From an uncultured Acidobacteriota bacterium (GTDB taxonomy: Bacteria > Acidobacteriota > Vicinamibacteria > Vicinamibacterales > UBA8438), in the NCBI GenBank assembly GCA_913043225.1, contig CAJWLU010000014.1, forward strand, positions 18,903 to 82,902: 64,000 bases of DNA, read 5' to 3'. Each line of letters opens with the position of its first letter. Within the stretch, counting starts at the first letter, position 1. Below are positions 1 to 8,740 of the stretch, one piece after another. A model generated the notes under the pieces. The model was given only the letters and a program-made list of their open reading frames with translations. It had not been told where the DNA came from and did not search any database. Both the position numbers and the translations under genes were made by a program.

Positions 1-1618
1 CGGCGTCCTTGATCAGCACCCCGACGCCGGCCCCTCGGCCCGTCCCCACCATGACGGCCATGGGAGTCGCCAGCCCCAAGGCGCACGGGCAGGCGATGAT
101 CAGCACCGCCACTGCGCTCACCAAGGCCAGCGCCAGACTGGGCTCCGGCCCCCAGAGCGCCCAGCCGATGAAGGCCAGTATGGCCACCGAGACCACGGCC
201 GGAACGAAATACTGGGCCAGGCGGTCGGCCTGCCGCTGTATCGGCGCCCGACTCCGCTGGGCCTCGGACACCATCGTGACGATCTGCGCCAGCAGGGTGT
301 CGGCGCCGACCCGTTCGGCCTGCATGACAAGCGTACCGGTGCCGTTCAAAGTGCCGCCGACGAGTCGGTCACCAGAGGTCTTCTCCGCCGGCACCGGCTC
401 GCCGGTCACCATCGATTCGTCAACGGCGCTGCGGCCCACGACCACGGTCCCGTCGACCGGCACCCGCTCGCCGGGACGGATACGTATAAGGTCGCCAACC
501 CGCACGTCGCTCAGAGGAACATCCTCCTCGGCATCGCCCACAACGCGGCGAGCCAGGGCCGGCGCCAGGCCTACGAGCGCCCGTAGGGCCGCGCCGGTAC
601 GGCTGCGCACACGTAGCTCGAGCAGCTGCCCCAGGAGCACGAGCACGATAATCATCACTGAGGTATCGAAGTAGGGCTCTACCCTGGCACCCATGCGGAA
701 CCCGCCCGGGAACCAACCAGGGACGAGCGTGGCCGCGACGCTATACAGATACGCGGCGCCTACCCCGATCGCGATCAAGGTGAACATATTGGGGCTGCGA
801 TTCACGATCGACGCCCAGCCCCGCTCGAAGAAGGGGCGTCCCGCCCAGACCACGACCGGGGTCGCGCAGGCCAGCTGAATCCAGTTCGAAAGGGATCGCC
901 CGACCAACGCGGTTACCTGCCCCCCCACAACCATCTCGGCCATCGCTAAAGCGAAGACCGGCAGGGCCAACGCGGCGCCGATCCAAAACCGGCGCGTCAT
1001 GTCGTCGAGCTCGGGATTAGACGGCTCTTCGGGTGACACCGTCCTAAACTCAAGCGCCATGCCGCATTCGGGACAGCTCCCGAGAGTCGACTGAACCACT
1101 TTGGGGTGCATCGGGCAGATGTACTCGACGGTAGGCAGGGCCACGGTGACTTCCGCCTCGAGCGCCATGCCACAGATTGGACAGGCGCCCGGCTCGGACT
1201 CGCGTACCTCCGGGTCCATCGGGCACGTAAAGACCGCGCCCCGAGGGGGTGGCGCGGCGGGGCCGGCATCTTCCGGATGGAGGTAGCGGTTTGGGTCGGC
1301 CTGGAACCTGGTCAGACAGCCTTCGCAGCAGAAGAAGTACGTCTGGCCCTCATGCTCGCAATTGAAAGAATCCGGCGCCGGGTCGACCTTCATTCCGCAC
1401 ACGGGATCCACCGCTAGCAGTGGATTGTCGGCCGAGGGTGTAGGCGCCGACGAATCTTCCCGCTCGAGAAACTGGTCCGGGTCTGCGACAAACGCTGTGC
1501 AACATCCGCCACAGCAGAAGTAGTAGGTCGCGCCGGCGTGCTCATGCTGGTGACGGGCGGTATCCGGGTCTACTCGCATACCGCAGACCGGATCACGCGT
1601 GTCAGCTGCCTTGGTCAT
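1..1618 (-). CDS. copA: Cu(I)/heavy-metal translocating P1B-type ATPase, 3' end beyond window
   Basis: Manual minus-strand translation from ATG 1618: two YHS-type repeats (DPVCGM...[14 protein letters not shown]...YFFCCEGC), two CPMxP...CPxCGMALE modules, TM region, TGE actuator motif and [13 protein letters not shown] near the window edge. Not in the ORF track because the stop lies outside. Confidence 0.93.
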   Translation of the reverse strand, partial: MTKAADTRDPVCGMRVDPDTARHQHEHAGATYYFCCGGCCTAFVADPDQFLEREDSSAPTPSADNPLLAVDPVCGMKVDPAPDSFNCEHEGQTYFFCCEGCLTRFQADPNRYLHPEDAGPAAPPPRGAVFTCPMDPEVRESEPGACPICGMALEAEVTVALPTVEYICPMHPKVVQSTLGSCPECGMALEFRTVSPEEPSNPELDDMTRRFWIGAALALPVFALAMAEMVVGGQVTALVGRSLSNWIQLACATPVVVWAGRPFFERGWASIVNRSPNMFTLIAIGVGAAYLYSVAATLVPGWFPGGFRMGARVEPYFDTSVMIIVLVLLGQLLELRVRSRTGAALRALVGLAPALARRVVGDAEEDVPLSDVRVGDLIRIRPGERVPVDGTVVVGRSAVDESMVTGEPVPAEKTSGDRLVGGTLNGTGTLVMQAERVGADTLLAQIVTMVSEAQRSRAPIQRQADRLAQYFVPAVVSVAILAFIGWALWGPEPSLALALVSAVAVLIIACPCALGLATPMAVMVGTGRGAGVGVLIKDA

Positions 1619-1752
1619 CGAGTGCACGCTCGTTGGGTTCCATCAGGATCGACGCCCGCTCGCTTTACGACAATCCCTGGGTTCATTCATCATAGTCGTT
1701 CGATCGCATGCGCCCTCGCCGACGACCCGCACCGATTCACCATCCAGATCAC

Positions 1753-2487
1753 ATGAACAGACGACACGTCTTTCTCCTCTCGCTTGCTCTGATCTCGTTC
1801 GCCTCAACCCCAGCGGCGGCCCAGAACCCGGCCGAAGACAGCCTCTGGGCCGGCAGCGCCGAGGTCTCGGCGGTAGCAACGTCCGGTAACTCCGACACCC
1901 GGACCTTCGGCCTGGGCGGAGAGCTCACCTACGACCCCAGCGGCTGGAGCTGGCGGGCCCGGGCAGCCTACGTGGAGACCTCTGCCGACGACCTGCTGCG
2001 TGCTCGCTCGTTCAACGGCCTCGCCGAAGCCTCCCGAAACCTGAAGGACCAACTTGAGGTGTATGGGCGAGGCGGATACCTCCGAGATCTGTTTGCCGGG
2101 ATCGAACGACGCGTAACCACCGAAGGAGGGCTGGCCTGGGAAGCCATAGCCGGAGCACCGCACTCGCTGCAGATACTGGTCGGCGGCGGCGTGACCCGCG
2201 AGATTCGCCTGGTAGGAGAAGACCTGACGATCGGGACAGCCAATGCCACCGGCCGCTATGTCTTAACCCTCTCCAACACCAGCAAGATCACCGAAGAGGC
2301 GTCGTTCGTCGGCGATCTGAACACCGGCGAGAACTGGCGCATCGCGAACGAGGTGGCGGCCACCGCCACGCTCACCCGCCTGTTCTCACTCAAGGTGTCC
2401 CACAAGCTCAGCTACCTGAATGCTCCGGTACCAGGCTTCAAAAGCACGGACACCATCAGCTCGGCCGCGTTGGTGGCCACGTTCTAG
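1753..2487 (+). CDS. DUF481/YdiY-like outer-membrane beta-barrel protein
   Basis: Signal peptide from ATG 1753, 'ATSGNSDT' motif, alternating beta strands, terminal Phe. Confidence 0.8.
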   Translation: MNRRHVFLLSLALISFASTPAAAQNPAEDSLWAGSAEVSAVATSGNSDTRTFGLGGELTYDPSGWSWRARAAYVETSADDLLRARSFNGLAEASRNLKDQLEVYGRGGYLRDLFAGIERRVTTEGGLAWEAIAGAPHSLQILVGGGVTREIRLVGEDLTIGTANATGRYVLTLSNTSKITEEASFVGDLNTGENWRIANEVAATATLTRLFSLKVSHKLSYLNAPVPGFKSTDTISSAALVATF

Positions 2488-2493
2488 TCCCCT

Positions 2494-4440
2494 TCAGTCC
2501 AGCTGGGACCCGAGCCAGGCCTCGCGGAACCGCATATGGCTGGAGGTTAGGGTCCGACCGATCTCCTCGAACGCGACCAACCGGAGGCCGGGATGCTCCT
2601 CCGGCGTGACGCGCGCGGTAAGGAGCTCCCCCGCGCGAGCGAACGTCAGCGTCACTGAGCGACCAGGTAGCAACCGGTCACGCGTCTCGCTCCAACGACC
2701 GGCCGACGAGACCTCCCGGCCGTCGATCGACACGATCACGTCGTCCCGGTCGAGCCCGGCGAGATGGAGCGGCGAGCCAAAAGGCATCGGGCGAGTCACC
2801 CTCGCGCCGCCCCGCTCGAATCGGAGCGAGGGATCCCCGAGCCAGGCCTGGTCGAGGGCGGTCGGCACCACCGCCACGCCGGCCCGCTCCAACAGCGGCA
2901 CGTAGTCGATCACCTCGCGTCCCTCGACGTAGCGGTCGAAGTACTCGTCGGCGAACGACGCGTCGGTCAACTCCTCCAGCGCCGCGCGCGCATCAGCCAT
3001 CGTGTAAGGCCGGTCCACAGCACCCGGCGTCGAGCCTCCTGGCAGTCCGAACTGGCGCCACAGCAGCCGCATGTAGTCGTCCAGCGTCAGGCTGGGCACA
3101 CCGGCCGCGTCGGCGCTCCGAACCCGGAGCAAGAGGTCGAGCCCCAAGCCGAGCGTCTCGCCCCAAGTGTAGTAGGAGATGAAGAGGTTGTCCCAGTTCG
3201 TGGGATCGATCGCACTGGCGGCGTCGGTAAACGGCGCGAGCCGGCTCATCTCGACGGCGGAACGGAACCGCCGGCCCGGCCCCAATCGCACGGTCTCGAT
3301 GGCGCGGCTGAACCTGCCAAGAGTGGCGGGCAGCGACGCCAAACCTGCCCGCTGCAGCGTGAGCGTGCCGTAGTAGTTCGTGTACCCCTCCGCCAACCAG
3401 AGCTCGCCAGAAGCGTTAACGTTCTCGAAGTCGAATGGCTCGAGGGACTGAGGCCGGATCCGCTCGACGTTCCAGACGTGAAAGAACTCGTGTGAGACCG
3501 ACCCGAGCAGCGCTCGGCCCTGGGTACGCAACGATGCCGGCGCGCTGATCACCGTGCTGTTGCGATGCTCCATCGCGTCCCCGGCGGCGGTCGGCAGGTA
3601 ATCGGCAATGAAGGTGTAGCGACCGGTCTCGAAACGTGGGAACTCTCCGAAGACCGCCACCATCTCACGGACAATCCGTTCGACGTCGGCCGCATAGCGG
3701 TCGACATCGGCGTCGCTGCCTCCGTGGTGCACCGCCACCCGGAAATCGGGCCGGTAGGTCGAATCTGACGGATCGGTCACCTCGAAGGTCCGGTCGACAA
3801 ACGCGCTGAACTCCGCCGGGCTGTCCAGCAAGTAGCCAACGTTGGGGGCGATAAACCTGAGCTGGTCATCGGTCGGGAACAGCTGCGTCGCCACTCGCCA
3901 CGGCTCCCCAGCCGGAGGCACGAAACGCACCTCGATGGGGCCGGTCTCGAGACCGGCCGGCCACACCAGGCTCGCCGGCATGTTGAGGTGGGCATGCGTC
4001 GGGTCGACGGCGAGATAAGTCCCGTCCACCCGATCGCCGAAAATGCGGTAGTAGAAGACCACCGAACCATCGTGATCGGCGATGTCCCACCGGGTCGGTG
4101 TGGTCCGGATCGCCTCGAGCGGCTCGCCGGCGGCGGTACGTGCCTCGACCATGAAGATGTTCTTAGCAAAGTCGTGGCGCGCGTACCGGCCGGGTGAGGC
4201 ACTGCTCATCCGCAGACTGAGAGGATCCGCGCCGAGACCGTCGACCTCGAGTTCGACCGCCATCCACCGATGAGCCGGTTCAGGCACACTCACCGTGTAG
4301 CGCACCCTGGCGTCGGTGCTCCCGGCGGTCGACTGGCCACCAGTCGGGACGCTGAGTCTCAGCGCAATAACCGCGAGCACCAGAGCCGCGGCGCCGAGTC
4401 GCCAACCGCGCGCCCGGCGCCAGGCACTGGACCTGATCAT
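2494..4440 (-). CDS. M61 family (glycyl) aminopeptidase with C-terminal PDZ domain
   Basis: AMEHRNST, HEFFHVWNVERIRP, LWLAEG, SYYTWG motifs; PDZ-like C-terminus; signal peptide. Confidence 0.92.
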   Translation of the reverse strand: MIRSSAWRRARGWRLGAAALVLAVIALRLSVPTGGQSTAGSTDARVRYTVSVPEPAHRWMAVELEVDGLGADPLSLRMSSASPGRYARHDFAKNIFMVEARTAAGEPLEAIRTTPTRWDIADHDGSVVFYYRIFGDRVDGTYLAVDPTHAHLNMPASLVWPAGLETGPIEVRFVPPAGEPWRVATQLFPTDDQLRFIAPNVGYLLDSPAEFSAFVDRTFEVTDPSDSTYRPDFRVAVHHGGSDADVDRYAADVERIVREMVAVFGEFPRFETGRYTFIADYLPTAAGDAMEHRNSTVISAPASLRTQGRALLGSVSHEFFHVWNVERIRPQSLEPFDFENVNASGELWLAEGYTNYYGTLTLQRAGLASLPATLGRFSRAIETVRLGPGRRFRSAVEMSRLAPFTDAASAIDPTNWDNLFISYYTWGETLGLGLDLLLRVRSADAAGVPSLTLDDYMRLLWRQFGLPGGSTPGAVDRPYTMADARAALEELTDASFADEYFDRYVEGREVIDYVPLLERAGVAVVPTALDQAWLGDPSLRFERGGARVTRPMPFGSPLHLAGLDRDDVIVSIDGREVSSAGRWSETRDRLLPGRSVTLTFARAGELLTARVTPEEHPGLRLVAFEEIGRTLTSSHMRFREAWLGSQLD

Positions 4441-5078
4441 GGAGCGGTCTCGAGCGCGTCCCAGACCTGTCGGATAAACTCGTCTTCGGGCACCGCACCG
4501 AGCACCTCGACGCGGTCGTTGATAACGGTCTTCGGCACACCGGTGACCCGGTACTGCTGAACGAGCTCCGGATACTCAACCGCCGAGATAGTGGACGCGG
4601 TGATCTGGGGGTGCGCGAGCGCGAGACGCTGGGCAAGGCTGACCGCCTTGGGGCAATGGGGTCAGGTGGGGGTGGCGAAGACCTGAATGTCGACCGGGTC
4701 ATTCAACCCAGAGAGCCGTTCGCGCGTCTCCTCCGAGAGACCGGGGTCTCCGTCCGCCACCAGCAGCACGGCCTCGACCAGCGAGATCAGCTCGTGCCCC
4801 TCCGGAACACCGTAGAACCGGATCCCGGTGTCCTCCGCCCCGACCACCGCGATCGCTGGCGCCCGGCGGATGCCGGCCCGTTCGGTGACCTCGGTGTCGA
4901 GCAACAGGTTGTACTCCTCGACCGTGATCTGGTCAGAAAAGGCCGCCACCCGCTCGACGATCTGTCGCGCGGGCAGGCAGGTGTCGCAGCCAAAGGTCTG
5001 GGTGAAGAACTGGAGAGTAACCGGCGCGGCGAGCGCTTCGAGCGACGCCTCAAGATCGACGGGACCACGAATGTCCAT
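4437..5078 (-). CDS. Protein-disulfide oxidoreductase (two thioredoxin folds, AhpF-NTD/PDO-like), predicted selenoprotein with Sec at TGA 4662-4664
   Basis: First site CDTC. The ORF stops at FATPT-TGA but the frame continues PHCPKAVSLAQRLALAHPQITASTISAVEYPELVQQYRVTGVPKTVINDRVEVLGAVPEDEFIRQVWDALETAP to a TGA overlapping the next ATG, completing the second Trx fold (213 aa). Confidence 0.9.
4634..4650 (-). promoter_or_regulatory. Putative bacterial SECIS hairpin of the PDO gene
   Basis: CAAGGC-GGTCA-GCCTTG perfect 6-bp stem with G-first loop, starting at the 12th nt 3' of the UGA. Confidence 0.75.
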
Positions 5079-5116
5079 CCGCCGATTATCGCACTGGTTC
5101 TCGGACGAGAACCGCG

Positions 5117-5563
5117 CTACTTGAAGAGATCGTCGAATGCCTGGCGCGCGCTGCTGGTACCGGTGGGGGCGACGCGGGCCGAGTGGGTCTGGCGCTCAAC
5201 CGTCACCCGCGGCTCGAAGTAATCGCAGTCGTTCCGAACATCCTTGGGCGCCACGCGGGCCTTGATCGGTTGCTGGCACTCGAACCGGCTGCCTGAATCG
5301 AACGAGGCGCAAAGCGCGCAAACATACAGATCGCTGCCGCACGCCGAACAGCGGCTCTCTGGACCGATCGCCAGGTTCAGGGTCTGGCCACACCGAGCGC
5401 AGCGTACCACGTCGTGGAAACCAGGCATGTTGGGCGTCCGGTGCTCACGGTTGATGACGCTGCGTGGCTTGCCGTCGCCCTTCGGCTTGTTCGGCCTATC
5501 CCGCGTGGTGCGTTCCCGGTCGTCGTCCCGGTAGCCGCGTTGCCGGTATTTGCGTTCGCTCAT
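5117..5563 (-). CDS. Hypothetical Cys-rich (zinc-ribbon-like) protein
   Basis: Basic N-terminus, CxxC x3 plus further Cys (FEC, NDCDYF), ends AFDDLFK; coding-like composition. Confidence 0.75.
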   Translation of the reverse strand: MSERKYRQRGYRDDDRERTTRDRPNKPKGDGKPRSVINREHRTPNMPGFHDVVRCARCGQTLNLAIGPESRCSACGSDLYVCALCASFDSGSRFECQQPIKARVAPKDVRNDCDYFEPRVTVERQTHSARVAPTGTSSARQAFDDLFK

Positions 5564-5680
5564 GATCTAATGGCGAAATTTCCGAGGCCCTGGCCTCGTC
5601 TGCACGAGCCCGAAGACAATTTGGGCGTGAAACCGGTCTGATTATACGCACGGACCGGCAGGTTCCGCTGGCCGCCGGCG

Positions 5681-5697
5681 CTAGAACCTGGTTCTAG
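5681..5697. promoter_or_regulatory. Perfect 17-bp palindrome, candidate operator
   Basis: CTAGAACC-T-GGTTCTAG; a minus-strand TATAAT lies at 5641-5646 upstream of the 5563 gene. Confidence 0.4.
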
Positions 5698-5759
5698 TTG
5701 AACGCGCCTCCACCGGCACGCGAGGTCCAGGTCGAACTGGCAACCGACTGCTAGAGTAC

Positions 5760-6067
5760 CAACTCACAACAGATCCGAGCCATCATCACCGGCATCGGCT
5801 CGGTCATCGCGTAGCTGATGGGGATGGGTGCGGTGTGCGGGGCAGTAAAGACCATGTACAGCGCGCTGGCCACACGCACGCGGGAGAACGACGACCCTCC
5901 GGGCCCTGGGCCTTCCACACAAGCTCGGTTGTCTTCTCGGTACTGACCGACTCGGCGCTGCTGGTACAGGGCACCACCTGCACCCTGGTCATGGGCCTGG
6001 TCGGCGGCCTGTCCCAGCTATCCGCCCCGCCCGGATACGAATCTTCACGGCTCTCTGCGAGTTATAG
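5760..6067 (+). pseudogene. Decayed C-terminal fragment of an FtsX/MacB-type ABC permease
   Basis: Reads IITGIGSVIA*LMGMGAVCGAVKTMYSALATRTRE/(fs)TLRALG...VMGLVGGL/(fs)PAIRPARIRIFTALCEL*, with in-frame TAG 5812-5814 and frameshifts. Confidence 0.7.
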
Positions 6068-6114
6068 CCCCTGCTTCTGTGATGCGCCCCCCAGGGGGTC
6101 GGGCGAAACCCTCT

Positions 6115-8475
6115 CTAGAAGAGGAGGTTGAGCATCACGCGCGCGGTTCGGGGCAGCGACGGGTGGAAGTGCACGTCTTCGATGCCGCCCACCGGCTCGC
6201 CGGGCAAACGCGACTCGTAGAGGTAGTCGATGTCGGAGACGTCGCTGTCGAGCAAGTTGAAGCCTTCCACGGTGATAGTGGCCCGCTCGTTGAGATTGAA
6301 ACCGATCTCACCGTTCCAGATCGTGGTGGCAGCCGACTTCACCGACGCATCTTCGATGAGCGGTCTGGGACCAAAGTGCCGTAGCCGGAGACTTCCGTGC
6401 ACACGGCGGTTCGGCGCCACCGTGATAGCGCCGGCGATGACCCGATCCAGGGCGCCCGGAATGAAGTCGCCCGCGGGGTCTTCATCCGCGAACCGGGCGC
6501 GAGAGAACGACAGGTCGAGCTCGCCGGTCAGCCAGGACGCGAATCGCACGTAGTTGGTCCACTCGACGCCAAGACGTCGACTCGGCCGGCTGGCCTCGCT
6601 GATGCCGGCGTCGCCGACAAATAGCAGTTCGGAATCGAACGAGAGATACCAGAGCGCCACCGTGGACTGCACGCCAGGCAACCGGACAGTCCGCAGACCG
6701 ATCTCCGCGCCGTTGGCCGGCACCAGCGGATCCTCGCGATCGACCGGATCCCCGCTCACGGGGTCGACCTGCACAGTGGCGACACGGGGGTCGTTGCTGT
6801 GGAAACCGCGCCCGTAGTTCAGATAGAGCTCGGTCCCCTCCCACGGCCCGAGAACGGCGGTTATCTTCGGGCTCACGAGAGCCGCAGTTCCGTCGCCTGA
6901 GTTGAGCGAGTTCTGTGCTGTGACGTCGTAGCGATATACGTCACTGCGCAATCCCAGGGTCGTCCGGAACACGCGCGTCCATTCGATTTCACTCTGAGCG
7001 AAGAGCCCGGCCGTCGTCTGGGTCACCTCGTCATTACGAATAGCATTGGTGCGTCGGCGTGCCACCGTGTTGTAGAGCCCGACCGTGTCGACCACATCGT
7101 TGCGCACCGACACACCGATGGCATTCTCGACCGGGCGGTCGAACACGCGGCCCAGCCGCCGATGCACCATCTTCGCGCCCGAGCTCAGGCGACGACCTTC
7201 CTGTTCGACCTGGTCGCCATTGATCGGGTCTTCGAGGAAGTAGGTGAAGTTCTGGAACAAGTTGAGACCGCCGGTGAGGGCGTACGCCGTGAAGCGGGTC
7301 GACTGATTGGCACCCGAACGGAGCCAGTCGAACGTACCGGAGTAGCGATAGGCGCTGCCGGCATCCGTGTTGTCGATGCCCCCGAAGCGGCCAATGAGCC
7401 CCTGCTCGATCGCCCGGCGCGGAATCTGGTCCGTGGCGTTCCAGTCTCCGCGATACCCCATCCCGGTAATAGAGAAGCCGTTCTGCCGGTCACCCTGGCT
7501 GTAGCGGATGATGCCATTAGCCTTCTCCATGTTGTCCGGGCGCTCCCAGGGCCCGTCGTTCTGCGTGAGCTCCAGCGCCACCAGGAGATTCCCCGGCCCA
7601 ACCTCGGGCGAGACGGCGCCCAGCACACGGCCCCAGCCCTGACCGCCGCCGCTGATGCTGAAGATCGGCCGATCCAAGCTGTTCACGTAATTGATGTTGG
7701 CCGAGCCGGCGGCGGAGAAATCGCCGTGTTCGGCAAAGTACGGTCCCTTCGTGTACTGCACGCCGCTGACCAGCTCCGGGATCAACGCGTTAACGTCAGT
7801 GTAGCCGTGGGCGTGAGCGCCAGACGACTCATTCAGCGGTACCCCGGCCAGGGTCGTCGCGAAGTCGGAGCCGTGGTCTAGGTTGAAGCCTCGGAGGTAG
7901 TACTGGTTGGCCTTCCCTTCGCCGCTGTGCTGGCTCACCACGAACCCGGGCACGGCTTCGAGCACCTCTCCGGGCCGCATAATCGGGCGCGCCTCGAGCT
8001 GGGCCGAGGTGATCGCCCCTACACTGGCCGAGGTGGCAATCCCGACCAGGTTCTCCCTCGGATTCTCCAGGTCGGCGATATTCCGGAACGTTCGGGCACC
8101 CGTGACCACCACGTCGGCCGTGATGCTTAGTGCGAGCCGGGCGTCGACCGTGAGGGTCTGACCCGCGGCCATCTGAACGTCTTCGCGGAACGTCGAAAAA
8201 TTGACCAGGCGGACCACCACTGTGGCAGCACCGGCCGAGACTCCCTCGACCCGGTAGACGCCGACGTCGTCGGTCACGGCCGAGAACGAGCCGTCGTCAG
8301 TTTCCACCCCGACCGTCGCGCCGGGGAGCACGCCCCCTGTATCGTCTGTCACCGTCCCGGTGAGGGTTCCCGCTCCCTGGCCAGCGACCGATGCCACCCA
8401 ACCGAACACACAGCACGCAACCAAAACGCTCCAACGCAAGACGCTGCCCTCCAGTTCAGTGGGCGCACCACGCAC
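6115..8475 (-). CDS. TonB-dependent receptor with N-terminal carboxypeptidase-regulatory-like domain
   Basis: GTVTDDTGGVLPGATV N-domain, plug motif QHSGEGKANQYYLRGFNLDHG, barrel, terminal Phe. Exact start uncertain. Confidence 0.9.
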   Translation of the reverse strand: MRGAPTELEGSVLRWSVLVACCVFGWVASVAGQGAGTLTGTVTDDTGGVLPGATVGVETDDGSFSAVTDDVGVYRVEGVSAGAATVVVRLVNFSTFREDVQMAAGQTLTVDARLALSITADVVVTGARTFRNIADLENPRENLVGIATSASVGAITSAQLEARPIMRPGEVLEAVPGFVVSQHSGEGKANQYYLRGFNLDHGSDFATTLAGVPLNESSGAHAHGYTDVNALIPELVSGVQYTKGPYFAEHGDFSAAGSANINYVNSLDRPIFSISGGGQGWGRVLGAVSPEVGPGNLLVALELTQNDGPWERPDNMEKANGIIRYSQGDRQNGFSITGMGYRGDWNATDQIPRRAIEQGLIGRFGGIDNTDAGSAYRYSGTFDWLRSGANQSTRFTAYALTGGLNLFQNFTYFLEDPINGDQVEQEGRRLSSGAKMVHRRLGRVFDRPVENAIGVSVRNDVVDTVGLYNTVARRRTNAIRNDEVTQTTAGLFAQSEIEWTRVFRTTLGLRSDVYRYDVTAQNSLNSGDGTAALVSPKITAVLGPWEGTELYLNYGRGFHSNDPRVATVQVDPVSGDPVDREDPLVPANGAEIGLRTVRLPGVQSTVALWYLSFDSELLFVGDAGISEASRPSRRLGVEWTNYVRFASWLTGELDLSFSRARFADEDPAGDFIPGALDRVIAGAITVAPNRRVHGSLRLRHFGPRPLIEDASVKSAATTIWNGEIGFNLNERATITVEGFNLLDSDVSDIDYLYESRLPGEPVGGIEDVHFHPSLPRTARVMLNLLF

Positions 8476-8740
8476 CCAACCCTACTAGTGTCCGACAGCT
8501 TCAATGTTTCGGAGCCTTAAGAGTTCCTGAAGACTACGTCCCAGCCGGACAGCCTCTCCGGGTCGCCGAATCAGCCGCATCTTTCGACTGCCGGTCATCT
8601 AGAGAAACTTGTCTGGAAAAGACGCGTTGACCTCATGCAGGAACTGCGTGTTGCGGTTGCGTCCAGCTGTCCGGTCACGTACGCTCAGGGGGTTATCTAG
8701 CTTGCCACCGCCGGGCTCGCCCCGGAGCGAGGCCTCTGCC

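Noticed and set aside
9..674. Long plus-strand ORF over copA, and the many similar antisense ORFs (e.g. 56152-57582, 17955-18920, 45327-46229)
   Set aside because: Shadow ORFs opposite well-supported genes, expected in high-GC DNA.
4662..4664. Treating the PDO TGA (and the PCYCGC TGA at 34818-34820) as true stops or nonsense mutations
   Set aside because: Both fall exactly on a CxxC cysteine, have intact downstream domains and 3' hairpins; Sec recoding is more parsimonious, though the sel genes are not visible in this window.
8476..8740. Possible cobalamin or other riboswitch upstream of the TonB receptor
   Set aside because: I could not find B12-box or other conserved riboswitch motifs on the minus strand.
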